Shown: positions 19,699-28,582 of the stretch, in pieces
How positions within the stretch are numbered: position 1 is the stretch's first letter
How the letters are laid out: the number at the start of each line of letters is the position of its first letter
Virus record (IMG/VR): IMGVR_UViG_3300028832_000139
Span: 3,419 to 67,418 of that record
Length of the DNA: 64,000 bases
Source of the DNA: a virus
Lineage: Duplodnaviria > Caudoviricetes
Strand: one strand, 5' to 3'
Notes under the pieces: model-generated
What the model was told of the DNA's origin: nothing
Database searches by the model: none
What the model saw: only the letters and a program-made list of their open reading frames with translations
Made by a program: the position numbers and the translations under genes

Positions 19699-20934
19699 AT
19701 GAAAACTATACCAGTTTCTCTGCGAGACATGATTAACCTCGGTATGTATGGCGAGTCTTGGCAGACATTCGTTGACAAATACGAGGAAAAGTTTAATGCT
19801 ATCACTATTGATGGCTTTGAGTTTGATCCAGTAAGCATTGGTTACACTTGGGCACAGATGCTGTCAAAGGTTGGTGCAACCGTGCTGCCTACTTATGTTG
19901 ATCCTGAGAGCGAGGGTTACGAAATGCCTCTCGGCCAGTTGCAGGGTGCTACAGGTAACGTACCTACGCAAAAGTTGTTCTACTCTGTTAACCGCACTAT
20001 TCTCCGTGAGAAGATGCAGTTGGTACAGAAGTACGGCAATGCCGTTATGGATGACGAAATGCGTGAGGTAATGTTTGGTCTGCTTGACGAGGGTACTGAC
20101 GGACTGATTCAGTCTTTCTGGAACGCTCTGAACCATCAGCGTCATCAGATTGTATCTAAGGGCGAGTTTACTATCAACGCTACCAACAATCCTCGTGGCT
20201 TGAAGGGTATCACTATCGGCTTTAATATGCCTGATGCTAACAAAGACGTGCTGACTGGCTCTGCTCGTTGGTGGACTAACCCAGACCACACTACTGAGGG
20301 TACAAACTCTGATCCCCTTGGCTACTTGGAGAAGCGAGTTAAGACTATCCGCCGCACTTTGCACTATGCAGGCCCGATTAAGATGGAGATTGCCCGTGAC
20401 ACTTGGGATGACTTCTGCGAGCACAGCAAGGTTAAGAGTGTTCTTGCTAATTGGGTATATCGTAACGTATCAAGCGACAGCGCACGTGCTGACATTGGTC
20501 GCTTTATGGATGACGATGTTGTTAAGGAGGCTGTTCGCCGCATTATCAAGGTTGACGAGATTGCTATTCAGGACACCTACGCTTACGTTAGCAAGGTTGG
20601 TACTGATGCCAACGGTCTGCCCGACCTCGTAGAAGATAAGATTGACAACTTCGATCCACAGAACATTGCCTTTGTTCCTACTGGCAAGTTGGGTGGTATT
20701 CAGGGTGTTCAGCCTCTTTCTATGGGTTACGATGCCGATAAGGTGGCTTACGCTATGGGTAATCGTCTGCTTATCGAGCAGGAGGATATGCCTCGCACTC
20801 ACTCTATCAATGTTAATGGCGAAATGGCACAGATTTGTGTTCCTGGCGCTATTATGCACATGTATATCTCTACCATTGCCCCGCATACTGCTGAGGCTTC
20901 AAGTTCTTCTGAGGCTTCAAGTTCAAGCGAGTAA
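19699..20934 (+). CDS. Major capsid protein with C-terminal EASSSSEASSSSE tag
   Basis: 411 aa; head-operon position; major-capsid-E-like motifs (NPLG...I..QD..AY...F.P.GKLG). Confidence 0.85.
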   Translation: MKTIPVSLRDMINLGMYGESWQTFVDKYEEKFNAITIDGFEFDPVSIGYTWAQMLSKVGATVLPTYVDPESEGYEMPLGQLQGATGNVPTQKLFYSVNRTILREKMQLVQKYGNAVMDDEMREVMFGLLDEGTDGLIQSFWNALNHQRHQIVSKGEFTINATNNPRGLKGITIGFNMPDANKDVLTGSARWWTNPDHTTEGTNSDPLGYLEKRVKTIRRTLHYAGPIKMEIARDTWDDFCEHSKVKSVLANWVYRNVSSDSARADIGRFMDDDVVKEAVRRIIKVDEIAIQDTYAYVSKVGTDANGLPDLVEDKIDNFDPQNIAFVPTGKLGGIQGVQPLSMGYDADKVAYAMGNRLLIEQEDMPRTHSINVNGEMAQICVPGAIMHMYISTIAPHTAEASSSSEASSSSE

Positions 20935-20959
20935 TGGCTAATGATAAAGGAATGAACCT

Positions 20960-21358
20960 ATGGCAAAGGTTATGACGATAACACAATACCTCAAAGGCGT
21001 TTCTCAGTTACTCACTGAGGAAGGCCTTGGGTATGTGCTTGCAAAGCGCAAACTGACTGGCGATGAACTGCTGCCTCAGTATGCAGGTACATCTTCTTCA
21101 TCATCAAGTGAGGAATACACCGTGCTTACTGATAAAGACGTGGATTTGGCAGAAGGTACAGCGTATTACTGGCTGTCAAACCTCCCTGTAGGTGGTGCTA
21201 CTGAAAAGGTTTCTGATGGTGGCTGGTCTCATAGCGAGGGTGGTTGGACTGTTTCTAAGGCTAACATTGACGAGTGGCTTCGGAAATATCGTGACCTCTT
21301 TGCTAAATGGGATGAAGCATTGCTCGGAAATTCTACTATACGAATTAAAACATTCTAA
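20960..21358 (+). CDS. Head-tail adaptor (DUF6706-like) with internal TSSSSSSEE
   Basis: Position after the capsid gene; DGGWSHSEGG motif. Confidence 0.6.
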   Translation: MAKVMTITQYLKGVSQLLTEEGLGYVLAKRKLTGDELLPQYAGTSSSSSSEEYTVLTDKDVDLAEGTAYYWLSNLPVGGATEKVSDGGWSHSEGGWTVSKANIDEWLRKYRDLFAKWDEALLGNSTIRIKTF

Positions 21359-21363
21359 CGGAT

Positions 21364-21783
21364 ATGGGCAGACTTGCAAACGGCTTTACTCGCTTTCCTC
21401 ATAGATGCAGCATATACACTATGACTGAACCTACAGGCTTTGAGACTGAGGAACAGATTGCTGCATTGAAGAAAGTAGTTTGGGAGGGCAGATGCCGTAA
21501 GGAAAGCAACACATCTATTCGTACCTTTAAGGGTTCGGAGAATGTTCTGAAAGGTGACTATCGTATTCAACTTGGCGCATTGGTAGGTGGCAACCTCTTA
21601 GGCGATAAGGATGCAGCACCAGACGGACAGCAAGGAAAAGAGTGTGGTGCAGTCGTTGGCGGTATCATTGCAGGAATGTTCATTGATGTAACGGATAGAA
21701 ACGGCAGTTTCACGCTGAGTATAAACGATGCGTATGCTGGCAATCTTGGTACTTCTCTTTACTGCGACGAATACAAAACTTAA
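21364..21783 (+). CDS. Head closure (stopper) protein
   Basis: Synteny; beta-rich, 139 aa. Confidence 0.55.
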   Translation: MGRLANGFTRFPHRCSIYTMTEPTGFETEEQIAALKKVVWEGRCRKESNTSIRTFKGSENVLKGDYRIQLGALVGGNLLGDKDAAPDGQQGKECGAVVGGIIAGMFIDVTDRNGSFTLSINDAYAGNLGTSLYCDEYKT

Positions 21784-21788
21784 TAGTT

Positions 21789-22178
21789 ATGGCAAACAGA
21801 TATAAGAGACAAGAAGTAATGACCGCACTTGTGAATATGGTTAAGCCTATTTGCAGTGAGGTACATACGGCAAACCGAGAGACTGTTAAATCGACAAGCA
21901 ATCAGTTTGTAATCATCAAACTACCACAGGGCATTAACCCTTATGCTGACACTCATAATATCGCCTATGTGCAGTTTCACCTTTTTGCAAAGGACATCAG
22001 CAACGGCATAGAGAGTATAACGAGGATGGAAAGTCTTATAGATGGTGTAAGTGGTCTTTTTCCGTTCAATACTGAACTGATTAGTTGTAACGACACACCG
22101 ACTATCACGGACTCTAAACCCGATGGTATGGGGTATCATTCCATTATTATGCAATTCAAGATTGTAATTAAGGTATAA
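21789..22178 (+). CDS. Tail terminator protein
   Basis: Synteny before the tail tube; QFHLFAKD-like strand. Confidence 0.55.
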   Translation: MANRYKRQEVMTALVNMVKPICSEVHTANRETVKSTSNQFVIIKLPQGINPYADTHNIAYVQFHLFAKDISNGIESITRMESLIDGVSGLFPFNTELISCNDTPTITDSKPDGMGYHSIIMQFKIVIKV

Positions 22179-22197
22179 CAATTAAAATAATACGACT

Positions 22198-22767
22198 ATG
22201 GCAATTACTGTAACAAACAAAGAAAATCTAAAGCAGATTTTTGACAAGGTAAACCGAGTTTACTACTTTGCCGACGCTAACACGGCACTTGGCTCACAGA
22301 CTCAGGCTTTGGAGTTCCCTGTTCTTGCTGATGGTGTAACCTTTAACACTGGCGATCCTGACAAGAACGAGGTTAAGTTGACTGACGATACCACTTGGAC
22401 TTCTAAGGTTAAGCAGGGAGAGAGCGACATCAGCTTTCAGGTTGCATCTGTTCACTCTACCATTAACGACTTGTTGATGGAGAAGAAGACATCTGCTGCT
22501 ATGACGGGTGCTTTTGGTGGCATCAACTATTCAGGTCAGGGTTACTCACTGGCTCCAAAGAAAGTTGCTGGTGCTCTGCTGATGGTTAGCGAGGACAAGC
22601 TGACTGCTATCTATCTGCCTAACGTGGAGATTTACGCTTCATTCAATGGCGAGGGTGGCGATGACTCTACTGGTTACTACAACGTATCAGTTACTCCGTT
22701 GACCGATACTAATGGTGCTGCTTTCTACCCAATGACAGGTACTGCAACATCTTCTTCAAGCGAGTAA
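22198..22767 (+). CDS. Major tail (tube) protein with C-terminal TSSSSE tag
   Basis: 189 aa, beta-rich, followed by a terminator. Confidence 0.75.
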   Translation: MAITVTNKENLKQIFDKVNRVYYFADANTALGSQTQALEFPVLADGVTFNTGDPDKNEVKLTDDTTWTSKVKQGESDISFQVASVHSTINDLLMEKKTSAAMTGAFGGINYSGQGYSLAPKKVAGALLMVSEDKLTAIYLPNVEIYASFNGEGGDDSTGYYNVSVTPLTDTNGAAFYPMTGTATSSSSE

Positions 22768-22794
22768 TCTTTTTGGCATAAATTCTATAGCAAA

Positions 22795-22830
22795 TGTGGG
22801 GCGGCGGCTAATGACCGCTACCCCATTTTT
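22795..22830 (+). terminator. Rho-independent terminator after the tail tube gene
   Basis: TGGGG-CGGCGG...CCGCTA-CCCCA followed by TTTTT. Confidence 0.7.
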
Positions 22831-22842
22831 AATTGAGAAACT

Positions 22843-24186
22843 ATGAGTGACTATAAAATATGGGTATCATATCACAAAGACGAACTTGTGCAGAAGTACG
22901 GCTTGCACGATGACGAAACGCACAAGTTATTCGCTACCCACCATGACGTAGAGGGTAAGAACATCAACGCTCTTAACCCTGTATATTCAGAAATGGTAAC
23001 GATGTACTATGTGTGGAAAAACAACCTTAAAAGCGATTATGTAGGCTTTAACCACTATCGTAGAAAGTTCGATGTTACCAGACTGCCTGAAAAGGGAGAG
23101 TGCCAAATCCTTAGAGTCAATGACTTTGGTTCGGAAACAATTTATCAGCAATACGCAAAGTGCCACAATGTGCGTGACCTTGACACTATGCTGAAACTCC
23201 TTGATGACAAATATGGTGCTGACAATGCTTACACAAAGCATATCAAGGAAAGCCATGTTATGTACTCAAAGTGCTGCTTCTTGATGAAGTGGTCTGACTT
23301 CACAAAGATGTGCAAGTACCTTTTCCAGTTGCTCGATGACTTTGCTTCCGTATGCGGTTGTGTTACTAAAGAGGACTGGCACAAGAAAGCCGAGAAAGAC
23401 TTTGACGATAAGGATGACTATCAGATGCGAGTAGTATCTTTCCTTGCAGAGCGTCTTATCTCTGCTTGGATAGCAACAAATCTCAGTCCGTATATTGATG
23501 GCAGAAATGTTGCGGTGGTACATTACAACACTCCTGAACTTACTGAGGCTGCTATCAAGTCGCTTATGAAGCATACTCACGGATGCCATGTTTATGTGTT
23601 TGACAATAGTGACAAGAAGCCTTTTACTGCTAAGATACCTAATGTGGAGGTTATCGACAATACCAATGGGCAGATTATCGACTTTGAGGCTGAGTTAGCA
23701 AAGTACCCTGACAAGTGGGAACGTGATACCAAAAAGAGCAACTACGGCTCTGCAAAGCATTCAATGAGTGTTGACAAACTGATGGATATTGTGCCAACAG
23801 GCTTTGTGCTGATTGATTCCGATGTTCTTATCAAGGAAGATATAAGCCGTTTCTGGGATAAAAAGGTTTCGTGCCTTGGTGCAGAAGAAGTAAAGCACGA
23901 TGTTCCCCTGCTTATGCCGTTCCTTTGCTATCTCAATGTTCCTATGCTTCGTGAAAAGGGCATCCGCTATTATAATGGCGAAAAGATGTGGGCACTCAGC
24001 AATATCGAGCCTAATCAGCATTACGATACTGGTGCTTGGCTGCTTGAAGAAGCAAGAAGAAATGATCTGCCTATCGAGTATGTCAACATCTGGCAGTATG
24101 TGATACATTTCGGACACGGCTCTTGGAGAGGGAATAAGGCTAAGACGGATAAATGGCTTGAAGAAAACGCAGCATTATGGAGGTAA
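22843..24186 (+). CDS. Two-domain glycosyltransferase (DUF4422 plus GT2-like)
   Basis: N-terminal IWVSYHK...NINALNPVYSEM...DYVGFNHYRR; C-terminal VVHYNTPELT...LIDSDVL (DxD). Confidence 0.8.
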   Translation: MSDYKIWVSYHKDELVQKYGLHDDETHKLFATHHDVEGKNINALNPVYSEMVTMYYVWKNNLKSDYVGFNHYRRKFDVTRLPEKGECQILRVNDFGSETIYQQYAKCHNVRDLDTMLKLLDDKYGADNAYTKHIKESHVMYSKCCFLMKWSDFTKMCKYLFQLLDDFASVCGCVTKEDWHKKAEKDFDDKDDYQMRVVSFLAERLISAWIATNLSPYIDGRNVAVVHYNTPELTEAAIKSLMKHTHGCHVYVFDNSDKKPFTAKIPNVEVIDNTNGQIIDFEAELAKYPDKWERDTKKSNYGSAKHSMSVDKLMDIVPTGFVLIDSDVLIKEDISRFWDKKVSCLGAEEVKHDVPLLMPFLCYLNVPMLREKGIRYYNGEKMWALSNIEPNQHYDTGAWLLEEARRNDLPIEYVNIWQYVIHFGHGSWRGNKAKTDKWLEENAALWR

Positions 24187-25064
24187 AGACGATAGACTAT
24201 GTTGTTCCAATGGTCTTTCACGAAGATACTCTTTGGCAGGAAGATTTCAAGAAAGTAAACCATCAGTATGATGCGCATAACCCTTATGACTTTGTGCGTT
24301 TCAGAAGTTGGAATACTGAGGAAATCCTTATCAAGTGCGTAAAGAGGTTTATGCCTTTTGTGCGTAACATCTTTATTCTCTTGGCGAGAGAGAGCCAAAA
24401 GAAGTCTTGGATGGATGCTGAGGGCGTTCGCATAGTCTATCATCACGATTTTATTCCTGAGAAGTTTTTGCCTACGTTCAATTCGTGCGCTATAGAAATG
24501 TTCCTGCATCTTATTCCAGGCATCAGCGAGCGATTTATCTATGGTAATGACGATATGTTTCCTGTTGCGCCACTAACAGAGCAAGATTTCTTTGAGAACG
24601 AAGTGCCCTGTTTGCATCACGGACAAAAGCCTTTCCCAACCTCACCGAATATCTTTCACGACTCTTGCCGTTGCGGTCAGAACTTTGTCGCAAGGGAGTT
24701 TGGTATGGACTTTAGCGATGTGCTTATTCGTGGCGGTCATAGCCTTACTCCAATGCTGAAAACAACGTGGAACTACCTTTGGCATATCGGTAAAACGGAG
24801 ATAGAGGATAGTGTTAGTCCTTTTAGGGAGCAAAAGAACTTCAACCAATGGCTGTGTCCTTGGTGGCATTACCTATCAGGCAACTATATAGACAGAGTGC
24901 CGAGCAAGGTATATGTCAGCACAAAGAATAGTGTTGAAGAAGTTGTTAAGGCTATAGCCGACTGCAAAGGTATCATCTGCATTAACGATAATGAGTGTGA
25001 AGATGACTATATGAAGTATGGTAATGCGGTAATAAACGCAATAACAAACAAATTAAATAACTAA
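24177..25064 (+). CDS. Stealth-family sugar-1-phosphate transferase
   Basis: CR1 IDYVVPMV; CR2 RF(R)S...MPFVRNIFI...FIP..LPTFNSCAIE..LH.IPGISERFIYGNDDMF; CR3 H..TPM; CR4 ICINDN. Confidence 0.88.
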   Translation: MEVKTIDYVVPMVFHEDTLWQEDFKKVNHQYDAHNPYDFVRFRSWNTEEILIKCVKRFMPFVRNIFILLARESQKKSWMDAEGVRIVYHHDFIPEKFLPTFNSCAIEMFLHLIPGISERFIYGNDDMFPVAPLTEQDFFENEVPCLHHGQKPFPTSPNIFHDSCRCGQNFVAREFGMDFSDVLIRGGHSLTPMLKTTWNYLWHIGKTEIEDSVSPFREQKNFNQWLCPWWHYLSGNYIDRVPSKVYVSTKNSVEEVVKAIADCKGIICINDNECEDDYMKYGNAVINAITNKLNN

Positions 25065-25067
25065 GAT

Positions 25068-25601
25068 ATGAACAGCAGAAATACATTGTTACTCCAAAAA
25101 GGAAATGGTAGTGTTGTCAATACTTACGACCAATGGGGTATTGTTTGCTGCAAAGTGCCTTTTAAGGCAGGCGGTAAGACAAAAGAACCTGCAAACCGAG
25201 AGTGGAATGACGAACACGGAGAGGATGCTTTTTTTCCTAATAAACTGATGTTTGAGGCTTACGATGCTGAGTTTGAAATGGCTTATATGGGGAAGGAATT
25301 AGCAACCAATCCTTTCAACCTCTCGCTTGCCTGTGTAAAGATTGGTTCTTTCAAAAAGTGGCTGACTGGTAATGATACAACAGGCGGTAGCGGTTCGGAG
25401 TTGAAGATATACTCGCCTTATGCCGCTATCGGTAGGCAGAAGTGCTACCTTTCCGAGATTTCAAGTGAGGATGCAAGAGTGGTAACGAGACAAGAGGGTA
25501 ACAATGTCTATAACGAGAATGTTGTGACCTTTAAGGTTAAGTTCCGTGTGTGCGATCCTATGACGGATATTACACTCAGTACAAGTTCTTCAAGCGATTA
25601 A
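25068..25601 (+). CDS. Distal tail (Dit)-like protein with C-terminal TSSSSD tag
   Basis: REWNDEHGED...VTFKVKFRVCDP; tail operon position. Confidence 0.6.
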   Translation: MNSRNTLLLQKGNGSVVNTYDQWGIVCCKVPFKAGGKTKEPANREWNDEHGEDAFFPNKLMFEAYDAEFEMAYMGKELATNPFNLSLACVKIGSFKKWLTGNDTTGGSGSELKIYSPYAAIGRQKCYLSEISSEDARVVTRQEGNNVYNENVVTFKVKFRVCDPMTDITLSTSSSSD

Positions 25602-25603
25602 CT

Positions 25604-26131
25604 ATGAGCCACAATAACGCAAAGATACTGAAAGACGGACTGAAAAAAGGGTATGAGCAGATAGTGAAGTACCTTTATAAGCAAATGTACGATATGTGCG
25701 AGCGTCTTTTAGTTGAAGTGCCTTTGCATCGTCAATACCTTGGCTTTACTGGTAATACGCAGACTTCTTACGCTTGTGGATTGTACGTTGACGGAACACT
25801 TGAAGGCATCGTTACGCAGAAGAATTGGAACTCGCCACCTGTTCATAGGAAAGTGAAGATTGGCGAATGGGTGTATCTACGCAATCCGTATGAAGGTCGT
25901 TCACGAAGTATAAGAGGTACTTCGCAAGTAACTGATAACTTCGGTCTTGACACCTCTATCCGTTTTTTGAGGTCTTTCAATGCAAAGAAGAACACTATAC
26001 AGATAGTTATGACTACTGGTACCGAATATTCGGCATATCTTGAAGCAGCAGCAGGTCTTGATGTGCTTACTGGCACTTATGAGGCTGCCAAAGTGATATT
26101 AGCGCAAGGTTTTAAGCCTATGCAGACGTAA
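25604..26131 (+). CDS. Tail completion protein (HK97 gp10-like)
   Basis: FTGNTQTSY...TGTEYSAYLE...VLT motif; start at ATG 25604. Confidence 0.6.
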   Translation: MSHNNAKILKDGLKKGYEQIVKYLYKQMYDMCERLLVEVPLHRQYLGFTGNTQTSYACGLYVDGTLEGIVTQKNWNSPPVHRKVKIGEWVYLRNPYEGRSRSIRGTSQVTDNFGLDTSIRFLRSFNAKKNTIQIVMTTGTEYSAYLEAAAGLDVLTGTYEAAKVILAQGFKPMQT

Positions 26132-26135
26132 TGAA

Positions 26136-26286
26136 AGAGAGGGGGTAAAAATCCCCCGACTTTTATAACAAGAAGAACCACCAACTTATTACAAATTGCC
26201 CTGCAAAGGTGCGTGTCGGGGGAGTAATTCCTTTAACGCATCCATGCAGGGTTTATTGTATGTCGGTGGTTCTGGGGCACAAAGAT
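26136..26286 (-). ncRNA. Structured ncRNA with pseudoknot potential
   Basis: Nested stems AGAACCACC/GGTGGTTCT and CCCTGCA/TGCAGGG; loop complementary to TCCCCCGAC; minus-strand TATCTTTG promoter at about 26279-26286. Confidence 0.55.
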
Positions 26287-26310
26287 AGTAATTAAAATCG
26301 AAATGCGCAA

Positions 26311-26538
26311 ATGAAAGTCGGGGATTTATTGAAAATAGGTGTCGAAATGTTGAAAATACTGCATGAAAACGGCATCAGTATAGACGATTATAAGTATATT
26401 CCTTTGTTCTTGGAATATCAGGCTATGAAAGAACAGGGGGAAAAGACTACTTATGTTGTAGCCATTCTTTCCGAGAGGTATAACTTGTGTGAAAGAAAGG
26501 TTTATAAGGTGCTACAAGCCTTTTTGAAAGACTGCTAA
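26311..26538 (+). CDS. Small HTH regulator heading the Cys-rich cassette
   Basis: C-terminal LSERYNLCERKVYKVL HTH-like segment. Confidence 0.6.
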   Translation: MKVGDLLKIGVEMLKILHENGISIDDYKYIPLFLEYQAMKEQGEKTTYVVAILSERYNLCERKVYKVLQAFLKDC

Positions 26539-26657
26539 TTTGGTGCAGTCGGCATATTTGAAATTGCTTGTGTTTAGCGGTTTTGTTTCCTACTTTTGTC
26601 TATGTCAAAGCGCAATGACAAGGTAACATAGTATTAACTCATTAAACACAAAAGATT

Positions 26658-27143
26658 ATGGCATTAGATTCAAATGACCTCGCAATGCTGCATGGTATGG
26701 GCTTTTCTCCCTATGAACAGGTAAAGATTGGCTATATGCAGAACAAAAAAGCCAGTGGCACTTCTATAGGTGCCCTTGCAACAGCCGTAGGTGCTGGTGT
26801 ACTCGCTATCGGTGGTGCCGCCTGGGCTGCATCCAGAGCACAGAACGCAAAAGATGTTGCTATCGCCAAGAATGATGGTTTGAAGGATTTGGTTCAGACA
26901 CTTGCAGGCACTCTTGCTGCCGAGCGTGGTGAGCGTATTGCTGGCGACCTGAACATTACGAACACCATCAACGACACTGTTAGTGGCTCTCAGCAAGGCT
27001 CACTTTCTCAGTCTCAGCAGCTTTCTAACGAGCTGACCTTTGGTCTTATGACAGGACGCTACTCTGAGAATCCACAGCGTGTAGCCCTTTATCAAGATGC
27101 CAAGCCTTGTGCTTGTCCTTGCTCTTGTGGCTGTAACGGTTAA
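26658..27143 (+). CDS. Gly/Ala-rich hydrophobic-helix protein ending CACPCSCGCNG
   Basis: Own promoter TACTTTTG at 26591; followed by a perfect palindrome. Confidence 0.75.
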   Translation: MALDSNDLAMLHGMGFSPYEQVKIGYMQNKKASGTSIGALATAVGAGVLAIGGAAWAASRAQNAKDVAIAKNDGLKDLVQTLAGTLAAERGERIAGDLNITNTINDTVSGSQQGSLSQSQQLSNELTFGLMTGRYSENPQRVALYQDAKPCACPCSCGCNG

Positions 27144-27150
27144 AGTTTGG

Positions 27151-27182
27151 TTTTGATCCCGAAACGGATTTCGGGATCAAAA
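27151..27182. terminator. Perfect 14-bp inverted repeat
   Basis: TTTTGATCCCGAAA-CGGA-TTTCGGGATCAAAA. Confidence 0.7.
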
Positions 27183-27237
27183 TCTTTCCAGTGTTTAAAG
27201 AATTGGAAAGAAATGGAAAGAACTAACACGGCAAGTT

Positions 27238-27594
27238 ATGTGGTTCATAAGTAAAGAAAGGAAAAAGAAGATGGAGTTTATACAGAACTTTGTACCGACA
27301 AGTAAGGCACAACTACTACAGGTCGCTATGTATCTCAATGGTGGCGATATTAAGAAAGCTCAGGAGTTTGTGGATTTCTATGCAAAGAATCTCGAACTGC
27401 CAGACTTTGATCCTATTGCACCTACTTTGATGCAACAACTGAAAAGCGGTGCATCGGGCTTTTTCTCTTGGGTAAAAGAAAACCAAAGCGACCTTGTGCA
27501 AGGCTACCAACTTATTCAGGGTATCATCCAAAATAAGGGTGTGTTGCCTATCACTCCATCAGCGAGCGAACCACTACCAAGTATTAACGATTAA
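27238..27594 (+). CDS. Hypothetical protein (cassette)
   Basis: Operonic ORF. Confidence 0.7.
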   Translation: MWFISKERKKKMEFIQNFVPTSKAQLLQVAMYLNGGDIKKAQEFVDFYAKNLELPDFDPIAPTLMQQLKSGASGFFSWVKENQSDLVQGYQLIQGIIQNKGVLPITPSASEPLPSIND

Positions 27595-27605
27595 AACACG
27601 GCATT

Positions 27606-27809
27606 ATGGAAGTAAGAAAAATATCGTTCAACATCTACGCAAGTAGTGACGAAGAAGCAGAACGTGGCTGTAAGGCTATCAAGCAGTTTATAGATATAAT
27701 CGGTCAGCATGGCGCAATGGTGTCTGGCAACAAGATAGCCGATGCAGTGAGCAAATTGCCTGAGAATAGTTTTGTTCTCTCGCAGATAATCAAGTTTTTC
27801 AAGGAGTAA
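27606..27809 (+). CDS. Hypothetical protein (cassette)
   Basis: Operonic ORF. Confidence 0.7.
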   Translation: MEVRKISFNIYASSDEEAERGCKAIKQFIDIIGQHGAMVSGNKIADAVSKLPENSFVLSQIIKFFKE

Positions 27810-27860
27810 CGTCACTGATTAGAGAGTAGTTAGAGAGTATTATTAAGTTCATAATAAGTT

Positions 27861-28130
27861 ATGGAAGAAAATAAGTTTAAGTGTTCTGGCGATTGCCTTA
27901 ATTGCCACCCAAGCCAAAGAGCCTATTGTGCAGCTCAGTTTACATATAACTCTATGCGTATGATAGAGGATATGAAAGGTTCTATCTCTGAACTCAAAGA
28001 GAAGATAGATGCTATGCAGAATAGGGAAGCAAACGTGTTTAACCCGTCAGGAGAAAATTCGGAAATTCCGAAATTACCCATAGCGCAAAGTGGGGATGGC
28101 GCAGAAAATAGAAGCCCCGAAACAATTTAA
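27861..28130 (+). CDS. Cys-motif plus coiled-coil protein (cassette)
   Basis: CSGDCLNC...YC followed by a heptad segment. Confidence 0.7.
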   Translation: MEENKFKCSGDCLNCHPSQRAYCAAQFTYNSMRMIEDMKGSISELKEKIDAMQNREANVFNPSGENSEIPKLPIAQSGDGAENRSPETI

Positions 28131-28141
28131 CTCAAAGTATT

Positions 28142-28582
28142 ATGTGTAACAACGGAAAAACAATCGTGGAGTATCTTACTCCTGTGCCAGGAGGTACGGC
28201 AGCAAACGCCACCTACCTATTGGCTCTCGACCACTTCACTTGTGGTAACAAGAAATTATGTGTAACGGATGCCTACCTCGTGTCGGCTGACGTTAAGTTT
28301 ACTCCTATCAGCTCTCCTGTGAGCGTAGGTAATGGCAGTTTTTGTCAGGAAGTACAGGTTAGCGGAACAGTCACCTATATGCCGTTCAAGTGTGGCTGCC
28401 AGTGCGGTGTCTGCCCTGTAACGGAGAACATCTACACCACCTTCTGTGTACCTTGCTCGTCAGCAGTAAGTCCTACACTAACAATAGGTGAGGCTGTAGC
28501 CAGTCCTACAAACGTACAGCCTTGCAGTAACGTGACTAACGCTATCGCTATCACTACAAGCATAAACGTAGCAACGGCATGA
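28142..28582 (+). CDS. Cys-rich beta-strand protein (cassette)
   Basis: 11 Cys including CGCQCGVC; 146 aa. Confidence 0.75.
   Translation: MCNNGKTIVEYLTPVPGGTAANATYLLALDHFTCGNKKLCVTDAYLVSADVKFTPISSPVSVGNGSFCQEVQVSGTVTYMPFKCGCQCGVCPVTENIYTTFCVPCSSAVSPTLTIGEAVASPTNVQPCSNVTNAIAITTSINVATA

Noticed and set aside
22843-25064. Host capsule locus fragment or prophage boundary
   Set aside because: Genes are co-oriented and tightly embedded between phage tail genes, with no transport or sugar-synthesis genes.
21364-26131. Contractile (myovirus) tail
   Set aside because: No sheath or baseplate wedge genes; the long tape measure and G/GT chaperones fit a siphovirus.
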